Positions 13,842-25,930 of a stretch of 64,000 nucleotides of DNA are shown in pieces (positions within the stretch are counted from its first letter, which is position 1; the number at the start of each line of letters is the position of its first letter). Both the position numbers and the translations under genes were made by a program. Source of the stretch: Lama guanicoe (taxonomy: Eukaryota); NCBI GenBank assembly GCA_013239625.1, contig MU054187.1:11057231-11121230 (forward strand), given 5' to 3'. Under the pieces are notes generated by a model that saw nothing but the letters and a program-made list of their open reading frames with translations, searched no databases and was not told where the DNA came from.

Positions 13842-14299
13842 CCCCATCTGTATGTGCATGTTTGTGTCGTACTAGGAAATCAAGGAAATTCAAGATCAGG
13901 AGTCAGAAAAGATGAACATGGAAATAAATGCCCCTCCTTTGCTTATTTAAACCTCAGGGAGCTGTTTAAGTTTCCATAGTGTATTTTGCTTAAATCTCAA
14001 GAGTCATAAGGGTTTTCGATTGTGAAAACATTTAACAAAAGTTAATGACCCTCCTACAAATGATTTTCCCTAGCCTGAGACATATCAAATGAAACCAGGG
14101 CAATAAGTATGTCATAATATTTTAAAGGTTGATATTTTTCTTATTAATATCATCCCACGATGCCAGAGGAGTAAAACCTAAAATGGGAAGGTTAGCGAAT
14201 TGGACTAAGTCTGTTCTCTTCCCATCCACCTGTCTCTCCTTTCATTCACTCTCTCTCTAATTTTCACCAAAAGTGTCCACTCTACATCTCACTGAAATA

Positions 14300-14545
14300 G
14301 AGCAGCGTGGTTTTATTCTAGAAATACCATGAACTTTGGAGTTAGACACATCTTCCAATCTTAATTTAAATTTTCACCTGAAAGTTGCTATAGCATCATA
14401 CAAAACATTTTATCCCCCTTTTAGTCTCACTTCTCCTTCATATAATATGTGATTTATAATACTTATTACCTATAGTTCTTGCAAATACTAAGTGAAATAA
14501 TATACATTAAAAACTTTGCTCAGGGCTTAGCTGCAATTGGGAATT
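14300..14545 (+). mobile_element. MIR SINE
   Basis: actttggagttagac...taagtgaaataatatacattaaaaactttgctcaggg. Confidence 0.6.
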
Positions 14546-14739
14546 CGGAGACTGAAAGGCATGATTGTTCTTGTTACTATGATTATAACTTCAGACTTGT
14601 TCTTGGCTGTCTGCCCCCGCTAAGATGTAAGCTGATGAAGGTGCAAGTTACTAACTTGCTGCATGATGCCTGAAAAGAAACAAGTAGAAGGCGGGGCTTG
14701 TTGTGCCTCCTCTTAACGATGCTGGGCTTCTATGTCTCC

Positions 14740-15310
14740 CCAGCAAAGTCTGGCTTTGGCCTCCATACTGCATTGGACCGGAACATCTGCCATCATGCAT
14801 CTTGTCCATATTGAACAAAACAGATAAGAATCCTTGCCCTTGGCGTGTATATTCCACTGGGGGGAAAAAAACCAGAAACAAAATATAAAGGAAATGAATA
14901 AGTAAAATATTCTGTATGCGTATGTAAAATACATAACTATGTAAAAAACTACATGTGCATGTGAAAATATGAATTAGATGAAGATAAATGATGTGAAGAA
15001 AAATATAAGCAGACAACGGGGAGTGCTGGGAAGATCTACGTACCTCATAAATGGGTAACGTACATATAGGTATCTCATCTATGCAGAACATATGCTCTAG
15101 ATGACATACACAGGGGTGCTAGTTACAGTAATGTTTAAAGGAGTTAAAAAAAATGGAAAGACCTAAATATTCATCAAAGAGAGGTCACCTGGTAGTGATC
15201 TTCCAACAGAAAGACCACTGTTGTGAATTATGGGTAATGGATGGATGGAAGAAAGGTTAAGATTGGCACCAGGGAGATTTGGTAGAAGACCGTTGGGGTA
15301 GCTTGGAAAA
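14740..15310. mobile_element. Decayed antisense L2 with an interspersed old L1 fragment
   Basis: gaacaaaacagataagaatccttgccct (L2); aaatggaaagacctaaatattcatcaa (L1ME 3'). Confidence 0.5.
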
Positions 15311-15324
15311 AATAATAAAGACAG

Positions 15325-15540
15325 GTAATATTTTGGGGTGCTTACTATGTACTGGATGCTGTTCCAAGAATTTAATAGAATTCATTTAATCCTCACAACA
15401 ACTCTACATAGTAGATATTGTTTTTGTCTTTTATACAGGTGAGAAAACAAGAGAAAGAACAAGGTTAAGGGACCCTCTCAAGATCACACCTTAGTGAAGA
15501 GACAGGCAGTCTCAGTTCAGAATGACTGTTTTAACTATGA
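15325..15540 (-). mobile_element. MIR SINE
   Basis: cttactatgtactgg...ttcatttaatcctcacaacaactct...caggtgagaaaac...aggttaag. Confidence 0.8.
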
Positions 15541-16859
15541 TTAACTGTATTACATGCCATGTGTTCTCAGTAACCATAAGAACAGAGAAAACATAAAGAT
15601 CTTCCATCAGAGAATTTTTCTGGGACAAATTCTATTTCCTTCTAATTACCATCATCAGTGTTCTGGGATTCCTGAGAAAAGATATTGTATGAAGAATAAT
15701 TTACATGAAAGGAATTCCATAATAATCTTTGAGAAGGTAGTGTTACTGTCCCACATTCAATGGGAAGAACAAAGTTCCATCTTCATTAATATTTGCTTAG
15801 AGAAACTTGCTCTCCTAATGAGGTTTAAAAATATTTGGAGGAAAAGTGCAAGAGCTTTACATAAATCATAAAAATGTAGTTGTCTCCCATCTGCTCTCAG
15901 AGAGGCATTTCATTAAGGGCTGAATTATGAAGCAAAATTGTAACAAAGGCATTTTTCCCTTTGCGTTTTCTCATGTATATGTTGTCATACTATTGTTACT
16001 AGCCTTTGATTTAATACCAGATTATAGTATTTTTTTAGTTATCCCATTATCATCTTGAGTGTACATCATAAATCTAACATTTTAATGAGATGGCAGTAGT
16101 TTAGAATCAGGCACTACATGTTCCAAATTATAATGGGCCTGGATTTTTTTTTTATTGCAACCATTCTTTTCCCATCAATTGTGAAATCAAATGTGTACTA
16201 TCTAGTAGAATTATAAGCCCCAAGACACCTGAAACTGCCATCATTATACCCAAAATATCAGAAATCATTTCGTACAATGCCTACAGCAAGGCCATTGATA
16301 ATTTTGAACACAGGGAGCCTTCTCTTCGTTTCTCCTTAAAAATGCTCTATTGTCTTTTAATACACTTGTCTTTAGCTAGAGTTTATTTGATTGCTTAGCT
16401 GTAAAAAGAAAATAAAAGAACCTTTTAGATAGATTATTGGATTTATTGGTCTAAGTAAATCCACTCTGGAAAAATAAAAACCTTATTGGGTCATTAAAGA
16501 CTGAAATATGGTATATTTGTTTTTACGATTTTACCTCATGTGCTTCGTGCTATACTGAAATTTTTAGAACTTCATAAACTTTCTTACCTTGAAATAACTT
16601 TGCTATTCAGCTATAAAATTGCTTTACTTCTTTCCAGAATGTCTCCAGCATGTCAATAGCCTTAAAATCCTGTGACATTTCTCCTTTTGTAAGCAGGAAA
16701 TAATCACAACTCAAATATGTTCTCAATCCAACCTAGTCACTGGGAGATTTGAGAAACTTAACTCTTCTATGAGAAATAAATGCCAAAATGTCCATGAACT
16801 ATGAAAAGCCACTAAAATTAATTTCTATTGCTTCTATGTAGTCACTTGGAAGGAAAGAC

Positions 16860-17100
16860 AAACCATGGTGACAGAAAGACCTGGGTTGTAGTTTCACTTC
16901 TGCCCCTTATTCTGTGATCTTAGAAAAGTCATGTTTTTCTTTTTTAAATTTTGTTAGGCTCAGTTTCTTTCCCTGCATTTGTAAGTATGGAACAAAAGAA
17001 GCACCTACCTTGGAGAATTGTGATGAGGACTAAATAAAATGAAGTGTTTAGTGTAGTGCCTAGAATTTACCAAGAGCCCATAATGGTCAATAGCATCAAT
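16860..17100 (+). mobile_element. MIR SINE
   Basis: agacctgggtt...gtgatcttagaaaagtca...ctcagtttc...ttgtgatgaggactaaataa. Confidence 0.75.
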
Positions 17101-17374
17101 ATTTCTAAACCATTATTTCATCTTATCCAGCATGATACTCAGTTTTTCATGCATGCATAGTAAGATGGAGAAGAATATTGTCTCTCCAAATGAAAGCACT
17201 TGGATGTCGTGGGAAGCCAGGTACTAAGCAAAGCACGTGTAAGTTCTTGATTTCTAGGCACTATCACTCTATAAGACATGCATGACCAGCATTTCAATAC
17301 AACACATGATTCAATACACAGACATTGCAAAGAGTGGATTTCAGTATATGTCACATTATAAGTTAACCCTGTGT

Positions 17375-18096
17375 ACAGAAATAAAAGGATTATAAGAAAA
17401 TACTGTGAGCATGTATATGCCAACCAATTAGATAGCCTAAAAGAAATGGACAAATTTCTAGAAACATGAATTATCAAAACTGGCTCAAGAAGAAATAGAA
17501 AATCTAAATAGATCTATAACAAATAATGAGATTGATTCAATAGTCAAAAACCACCAAAGAAAGAAAAGTAGAGGACTAAATGACTTCACTGGTAAATTTG
17601 ATCAAACATTTAAAGAAGAATTAATACCAACTTTCCTCAAATAGTTCTAAAAATAGAAGAGAAGAGAACAATTCTCAACTCATTTTTAAAGCCAGTATTA
17701 GCATAATATCAAAGCCAAAAAAAGACACCATAAGAAAAGAAAACTACAAGCCATAACCCTTATGAATACAGATGTAAAAATGCTATAGGAAATACTAGTA
17801 AGTTGAATCCACCAGCATATTTAAAGGATTATATACCATGTCCAAGTGAGATTTATCCCAGGAGTGCAAGGATGGTTCAAAATTCAAAAATCAATTTCTG
17901 TAATGCAGCACAGAATAATACATCAATACAATGAGGAGGGGAAAAAACATATGATTACCTCCACTGATGCAGAAAAGCATTTGACAAAATGTAATACCTT
18001 TTCATGATTAAAAACACTCAGCAAACTAGGAATAGAAGGGGACTTTGTCAACATGAAAAAGGACATTTCTGAAAAACCGATAACTAACATCATATT
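17375..18096 (+). mobile_element. L1 ORF2 fragment (Z domain / N-terminal RT), decayed
   Basis: gaaatggacaaatttctagaaac, gatttatcccaggagtgcaaggatggttcaa, gatgcagaaaagcatttgacaaaat; frameshifts and stops. Confidence 0.92.
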
Positions 18097-18170
18097 TGTT
18101 ACGGACTGAACTGTGTCCCCTCAAAATTCATATGTGGAAGCCCTAACTTCCAATGTGACTGTATTTGGGG
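18097..18170 (+). mobile_element. MLT1A/B LTR 5' fragment
   Basis: tgttacggactgaactgtgtcccctcaaaattcatatgtggaagccctaac...gtgactgtatttgg. Confidence 0.85.
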
Positions 18171-18465
18171 GGTGATAAAAATGTTATGGAACTAGATAGA
18201 GATCATGATTATACGACATGGTGATGTATAAAACCCACTGAAGATGTATTTCACAACACAAGGAATATAGCCAATATTTTGTAACAACTGTAAATAGAGT
18301 ATAGCCTTTACAATTGTATAAAGAATTAAAAATTAAATTTATAAAATTTTAAAATTAAAAATAAAACCCACTGAATTATGCATTTTAAAGTGATTAAATT
18401 TATATTATGTGAATTTCATCTCAAATTTTTTTAAGTAAAAAAGAAAAAAGGAAAGAAAAGAAGGA
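18170..18465 (+). mobile_element. L1MB-type 3' end containing a 118-bp younger L1 3'-end insertion (18243-18360)
   Basis: gggtgataaaaatgttatggaactagataga...gtgaatttcatctcaa; 15-bp TSD ataaaacccactgaa at 18228-18242 and 18361-18375. Confidence 0.85.
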
Positions 18466-19564
18466 TATTTAACCCTGATCCTCAAATATCACATCTGATG
18501 GCATTTTCTATAATCAAAAAACCTGCAACAATCAGTCCTCTCCAGATATCCAAAGGCAAACTAGTCAGGCACAGATCATGTCCAAACTAGACTATTCCTT
18601 AGGTTTCTGGGCTCCGAGTCAGGCAGGGAAGCTCTAAAATCCCTTGTGCTAGGCAAGTCTTCCCAAGTCCCAGAGGTTTTCTGCCGTGTGTGATATCCTG
18701 ACCCCTGGCAACATCGTTCCCACCACAAGAGAGTTCAATGATCTAACTGTTCCATTCTGACCTCTCCATGGCCTCCCCGAATACTGACCTCCAGTATTAA
18801 AATAGAAATCTGAATGGAAATAGCCATTCTGGGTCCCCTTTACACATATCTATCTATCACATATCCCCTTCTGACCAGTACTCCCTCCACAGTCTCGCCA
18901 GGTAAGCTTAAATATCCTTTTATTCCTAAAGCTAAAGTGACTCAATCAGATTATATGGCTTCACAGCTCTGTTCCCAAGCATTAATTCTGTTTGAGACCA
19001 AATACATTCATTTGTATTATTTAAAGCCTGTTTGGCTTAAGTGAATTTCTTATCCTCTTCTATGAGCTTCTGGCCTTGGGCTTTAATTAATCTATGCTAA
19101 GAATGTTAAACCCCATCCGTCCTCCTTTATTTTAATAAGCTTAAAATGCTAACACACATTCAGCCACTCCAATCCACAGAATTATGTCTGGGCCCAAATA
19201 CTTGGTTTGCAAGAAGGATAGAAAAAAAGGTCGCATAAAGGCAGGACATGGGTTTTGAACATCACAAAGAAAATTGCTCAATTGTGGCAATGGGAAGATG
19301 TAAAATTTGGAGTTCAGAAACGTTGGGCAAGTTAGCAGAGAAGTCTTAGCACCCTTTCAGTCATCAAGTAGTAAACATCACCACCCTCACTGAGGTCTTT
19401 AATCTAGAAAGAGCCCTGCAGGAAAATGGATCAAGTCAAACCATACAATAAGATCCCTGTTACCTTTCTAATTTCACTTTTTAAGGACTTTGTACTCTAT
19501 CTAAGCCCATTTAAGCGTGCAACTGCAAGGACTCATAAACTCCCAAAACACAGTTGCTTCTACA

Positions 19565-19760
19565 GTAGTAACTAGTATTTATATGATTACAAAGCAATTT
19601 CACAACTGTCTCCCTTGATAGGGTAGAAAATATGAATGTTATCAGTCTCATTTTAGAAATTTATAATGAAAGTGTTCAAATAACAAACCGATAAGCTGCA
19701 GATCTGGAAGCCAGAACAGATCCTCTGACCCGCACTTTCTCTAAACTCTTTATGCTATTT
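19565..19760 (-). mobile_element. MIR SINE, highly decayed
   Basis: tacaaagcaatttcaca...gttatcagtctcattttaga...tcctctgaccc. Confidence 0.5.
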
Positions 19761-20029
19761 CACAAAAGAAATGTTACACCCGACTGTCATGAATATCTGT
19801 TTGTCTCTATTGTTCATGTCCATTTTTTCTGGGAGGATTTTAGATACATGCAAAATAGCCTAATGATTTTTAATTCAAGCAGACTATTTTTTATTAATTA
19901 ATCAGCTAGTGCTTGGAAAATATTTGGTAAGACTTGTTGGAAGATTAAAACCAAATCAAATGAATAAGACATTGAAAAGAATCTAATGAGTGATAAGATA
20001 CACCCAAATGGCTAAAATAAACATTAACA

Positions 20030-20210
20030 GCGTTTTCCAAATGTTCAATATACAATATACTGACAATATACACTACAGTATACTACAATGTACTGACCTG
20101 GGCACATTAGTGAGGGTCCCATAGGCCTCCCCTGAAGATTCTGATTCAGCGTCTGTGTGTTATCAAATATTCTGGGTAATTCTTATGATGAGAAACATAT
20201 TCTGGATTAC
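20030..20210. mobile_element. MER5-like hAT-Charlie remnant
   Basis: cagcgttttccaaa...gattctgattcagc...ggtaattcttatgatg. Confidence 0.5.
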
Positions 20211-20229
20211 AGAAAGTTAATGGTAGTAA

Positions 20230-20900
20230 CAGGAATGACTGAAATCCTGTAGTACCTCAAAGAACATAGAGATTACCTGCAGTTGTGGGAATCTGCAAAG
20301 GCCACACAGAGGAAGTGATGTTCAAGTCTTGACAGCTGGGTAAGATTTCAATAGCAGAGGAAACTCAAGGGCAGAGACAAAGTTTCCTGAATACACACCC
20401 TACATTTCAAAATGGAAATTATTTCACCATAACTATTGCCTGCAACATGTGTAAAGCAGGATAAGGCCATATTGGAAGGGGTCTTTGACTCCTTGTGCTA
20501 GAGAATTTTAAATTAATTCAGTGTGTAATGAGGAACAATGATAAGTTGGAATTTTTTTTTTTAGAAGCTGAAGCAATTGATTGTCTCAAGTTCCCCATGT
20601 TATTTTTATTGACCCAAAACTGAACCCAAGGTGTCTGCTCAGGGGACCACTGCCAGATTCTACCCTTGATTATGGGATGGCAGGGGGAAAGAAGGGGAGA
20701 AAAATATGTAAGAGACCTCGCCGCGGTTAAGGCAAAGGCTTCCATATTGATGTGACGCTAGGAGACAGGAAAGAAGAATCTGCTAGGACTTGGAGATGTG
20801 AAGTCTGAGTAACTGAAAGACTAAGGATGTCATCTACGTAAGCCAGGAAAAGAGGCGGCTTTGAGGGAGGGATGACCGGTTTTATTTTTATTTCAAAATA
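20230..20900 (-). mobile_element. Decayed L2 fragments
   Basis: cacagaggaagtgatgttcaagt; atgtgaagtctgagtaactgaaagac. Confidence 0.45.
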
Positions 20901-21349
20901 CAAGAACAAGTGATTGTGGGGAATGTTCTGGTTCATTGCAGTGTAAGATCTACTGTCACTTATGACAGCAGCCTAACTGGCAAGATCTATACCACCTTCT
21001 GTTGGGGACAGGGGAATATGACTATGGAATTTGATCAGCGTATCCAGTGACACGTGGATTCTATCCCCAGACAGCCGCCCTTCAAGAATGTGAGAGGAAT
21101 GTGGACAGAGAGTGTTAATAGGGAAAGGCACATTGCCTGGGATATTGACTCCAAAGTGAGACTGCAAACCTAGGCAGAGTGAGGTTGTGGAAAGCCAGAA
21201 TGATTCTCTGCTAAGTGACCTCCTTTCTCCTAGGCGTGAGTGTGTATGTGTTCGAGCATGAGTGTGGGTATGTGTGTGTTTCTAGGGCATTTATCTACAA
21301 ACTGGAGGAATCCCTGGATCTTATTTGCCTCAGTTCAGTGCAGGGTGGT

Positions 21350-21560
21350 AATCGTGATATTTAGCACTTACTTCAGTTATCCAAGTGGAATACAGGAACA
21401 CATTCTTTAACTCTTACAGCAACTATATATGAATAGCCCCATTTTACAAAGGTGAAAACTAAGGCAAAGGGTGGTTAAGTAAATTAATCAAAGTTGTACA
21501 GTTAGTAAGTGGCAGAATCAAGATACCCACCCAGGCATTCTGACTGTCACATTGCTTAGT
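21350..21560 (-). mobile_element. MIR SINE
   Basis: ccccattttacaaaggtgaaaactaaggcaaagggtggttaagtaa...agttagtaagtggcaga. Confidence 0.85.
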
Positions 21561-21699
21561 AGAAACTCTTTTAATTAATTTCAAATTAAGTAACTAGCCA
21601 GATAGACCAGTGTTCTCCATCCCCTCTATAAGGCATAGTAACTGAAGATGAAACATACACAGGGTGGTCAGGACTAGCGCGTCACTCTCTGAAACCACG

Positions 21700-22280
21700 A
21701 ACTTCTACTTGCGACATAAATTATGAGCTTACCAGGAATCAGTTGTATTTGTCCCCAGATCTCCTTCTGCCAATGGAACTTGCTGTTGTAATCACATAAT
21801 GTCATTAAATGTTACATTAACTAATGAAATATGGGTGCACAAGGAAAGATAAATTAGCAAAATTTTTAAGACTGTTGATTATATAAAAAGTTAATTTTTT
21901 TAAATTAATAAAGTCATTTAAAAAATACTGCTGTTGAAGTTCAAGTCAATTATTAAAAAACTGTACATGTTTTGAATCATTTTGCATTCTGATTACTTTG
22001 AAGGCATCTCTAAGTCACAGCTCGACTTCAAAAAGTTGATACCAGAGTTTGTAGATGATATAATACAAGTTTAGTTTCTATAAGAAAGATTTCAAACTCT
22101 AGTAAGGAGACATATCATCAAAAAAATCATTATTTCTACATCTAAATATTGTTGAATAAATTAAAATTAAAATTTTATGGTATGATCACACATCAGTTTA
22201 TTATTATGTACTTTCTAACTTTTATAATTAATAGAAAAATCACCATTCCTGTATGTATAAGGTAAGAAGGGTTCTATTAA
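21700..22280 (+). mobile_element. Tigger13a-like TcMar DNA transposon remnant
   Basis: Resembles a decayed transposase N-terminus: aaaaatactgctgttgaa...gcattctgattactttg...gtagatgat...tacatctaaatattgttgaataaat. Confidence 0.55.
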
Positions 22281-23959
22281 ATATCCGAAGAGAGAGACCC
22301 TTTTAGGTATACCTGGGTTTTCACTGAATTCTACGCCCAGGAAAGTGATTTAATTCAGTATTTTCAAATTGGACAACTCATATCAACACTTTACCACCTA
22401 TTAGTGGAGAAGGGAGAGTAGCTGAGAATTTCTTTAAGCCCATAAAATTATCCTTTTCAAATGGGCAAGGGCCATATCTCTGACTCAAGAAACCTGATGT
22501 GTCTTCGTGTAAAGGTGGTAGCTGTTTTAATGCCTTTAGGATGCTAATAAAAGTATAAACTTAGTGAGAAAAGGAAAATAATCATAGTTTTATGAGGATT
22601 GATCCTCATTTGCCAAGTCTGACGTCATAATGATGCTTTGTGCCTTCAGAGGAAATATTTCATATGGTTAAGATAATGAGTACCTCTCACATCTGAACAC
22701 TTCATATCAAAGAGTAGGCCTAAGACAGAGGGTTGCTTGAAATAGATCGTGTCCTGTTTTTTCCCTGATTTTTGAGTTTGCTTTCCTTGCAGTCTGTCAA
22801 TTACAGGTTTAAAACATGGGTAATAAGGTGTAAGGATCTAGTTTCCATCCTTTCTATATGCAATTTTACTAGAATGAGAGAATAAAAGGAATGCCAATGA
22901 AAGAAATAAGAAATTGAGTGAGGTCAGCCAAACGTGGCTGCATTGTGGTGAGTGGCTTCTGTGTGATGTGTTCACGGTACATGGAATTTCTGATTTTGTG
23001 GTAGGAACTAGGTAGAGAATGTGGCTTCCCATGGCTTCCTCTTCCATCCCAACTTTACTGCTGTAGCTACGTGGAATGGAATCTCATTTTTTCCCATAGG
23101 TCCAAATCAAACTCATACATGACTCCAGAAAGATGAAAATTCACTCAAATAAAAACAAAATGAGTGTGCGGTTAAAACATCTGCTGGTGAAGTGAAATAC
23201 ATCACTCAGTCAGAAAATGCGCCAAATTATTGGGCAGCCCTGTGGTACAAGTAGCTGACAATCCCATTTCTATTACTTCTAAAAATATGCTTTTTTATAT
23301 TTAAAGGTGTCTTTAATTCAGCACAAACACAGCTCCCTTAAAGGTCAAGTTTGTCAATTTAGTGCAAGGGCTGTGACTGTTAGAGCCATTAGAGCACTGA
23401 ACAGTGGAGGACTAAGTCCTGGGGTGAGGGGGTGACATGTCATAAGCCACCTCCTATCTGGCTGAAACCCTTGCATTTTCGTCTGTCTTTCCTTTTGCTG
23501 GAAAAGAAGTAGAATTATCTAATGTGTGTTTGATGTGTTTTCTTTAAAAGAGATTTCTTTGAAGAGATCTCAAATTTCTCTGATATATCTTCAAGGTTTT
23601 TTTTTTTTTGCTTTGTTTTATTTTTTAACTTATTAATACTCAACTTTAATTAAATCTTAACTTTTATATTTTTTCTTCTCTGTCATGGAGAGTCTGCAAA
23701 CCCAAAGCCCCTGCTCGATAAATGATACCTTAAAAATCAAAACCAGTGGTGGTTTTCTACCATGTGTGATCACACTGAAGAAGATAAGGCCACATTAAAG
23801 CCTCTCAGAGCTGTTCCTTCTGTCCACATTTCATCCTTTCTTTCATTAATTTATTTGTTTGAAATTATTTTTGAGCATGGGTGTGTGATAAGCACTAGGG
23901 ACATAAGAGAACAAGACACAAGACACACGGTCCTAGGGTGGCAATACACCAGGCTTTCT

Positions 23960-25658
23960 GAGCTGCCCTCCTCCAGAGCCTCACCGAATGTACACTGAAA
24001 AACATCCAGAAACTAGCTGAGTGACTCTTACACAGCAGGTGAAAGAGAAACACCCACATTGAAACAGACAGGAAAGGACTCTCACCTTAAGGCCCACCCC
24101 GGCATAGCATCATGCAATTAAAAGGGAACCTCCAACACCTAGCCACTCCCTAAGGAGTGAAGGCTTTGGACTGCAAATCTAGCACCCCAACTCTTACGAC
24201 TTCCACCGAAGGACAGGCCTCCAAGACACCTAGCTCTTGAAAGCCAGTAGGGCTCTCATCCACGAGACCCAGAAGACTGTAGCAAAAAAAGAAGCCGTTA
24301 ACAAGTATATAAGCCCTGGTTGCAACTATCCCCTTAAGGCTTAGCACAGAAGTGACTGAACGGATATTTTTTAATAGACCCAACTGTATGCTGCCTATAA
24401 GAAACTTACCTCAGCTTTAAAGACATACATAGACTGAAGGTGAAGGGATTGAAAAATATATTCTGTTCAAATGGAAACCAGAAGAAGGAAGGGGTCGCTA
24501 TACTTATATCAGACAAAATAGACTTTATGCAAAAACCCATAACATGAGACAGAGAGGGTCATTATATAATGAAAAAGAAGAACAAAGTAAGCCCAAAGTT
24601 GGTAGAGGGAAAGAGATAAAGATCAGAGCAGAAATAAAGCAGGTACTAAAAGGAGAATAGAAAAGATCAGTGAAATTAAGAGCTGTATTTCTTTAAAAAA
24701 AAAAAGATAAAGAAAATTGGCAAACCTTTAACTAGACTAAGAAAAAAGTGAGAAGACTCAAATAGATAAAATCAGAAATAAATGAGGAAACATTATAGCT
24801 GATAACAGAAATACTAAGGATTATAAGAAACCATCATGCAGAACTATATGGCAGCAAATTACATAACCTCGAAGAAATGGGTAAATTCCTAGAAACACAG
24901 AACTTCCCAAGACTGTACTGTGAAGGAACAGAAAATCTGAACAGAACTCAAGCAAAGAAACATCCAGGACAACATGACTTCAGTGGTGAATTCTACCAAA
25001 CATTTGAAAATAATTAATACCAATCTTTCTCAAATGATTCCAAAAAAACAGGAGAGAGAGAAACACTTCCAAACTCACTTTATGAGGCCATCATTACCCA
25101 GGGAGCACAGACAGGCAAGAAAACTACAGAAAAAGAAAATTAGGCGAATAATCTTGATGAATATAGATGCAAAAAGCCTCAACCAAATGTTAGAAAACTG
25201 AATTCAGTAATTCATTAAATGAATCATACACCACATTCAAGGGGGAATTATCCCTGGCATGCAAGAATGGTTCAACAGCCAGAAATCAATCAACATGATA
25301 CACTAACAAAATGAAGGATAAAAATAATATGATCAACTCAATAGATGCGTAAAAGCATGCGACAAAATTCAACATCGTTTCACGGTAAAAATTCTCAACA
25401 AACTGGGTATAGAGGAAACTTACCTCATCATAATAAGAGCCATATATGACAAGCCTGCAGCTAACATCAGACTCAATGGTGAAATGGTGAACGCTTTTCC
25501 TTTAAAATCAGAAAAAAGAGAAGGATGTCTACTCGCACCACTTGTATTCAATCTAGTACTAGGAGTCCTAGTCAAGTAATTAGTCACGGAAAAGAACTAA
25601 AAGGCATCCAGATCAGGAAAGAAGAAATCAATTTGTCTCTATTTGCAGATGACATGGC
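23960..25658 (+). mobile_element. Internally deleted old L1 (5'UTR piece, endonuclease piece, RT piece)
   Basis: EN-coding gacccaactgtatgctgcc...ctatacttatatcagacaaaatagacttt; RT up to ctatttgcagatgacatg (LFADDM); ORF 24974-25201 is read-through of it. Confidence 0.92.
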
Positions 25659-25659
25659 A

Positions 25660-25930
25660 TCTCAAATACTCACCTGAAAGGCCGCCTCTTCTCAGTGACC
25701 CTGTCTGCAAGTGGTCCTTTCCCCTCTCTGTCCGCATCACACACTGAGCTTCTATTACAAGTTACCGCTCTTTACCCTGTATTTGTTCTGTAAATAACTT
25801 ACCTCCCTTATTAGATTCCAAACTCAGAGTAGAAAGAACAAACTCTTAATTATTGTATCTCTTGCAGTTTGCATGATGCCTCATCTACAGCACATGTTCA
25901 AATAACTGTTCATTGAATTGAATTGAATTA
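25660..25930 (+). mobile_element. L2 3' end
   Basis: ttagattccaaactc...gcatgatgcct...caaataactgttcattgaattgaattgaatt. Confidence 0.65.

Noticed and set aside
14651..15091. Longest ORF (146 aa)
   Set aside because: Biased composition, overlaps L2/L1 remnants, non-ATG start
24974..25201. ORF with L1 ORF2-like residues
   Set aside because: Frameshifted fragment of a dead L1
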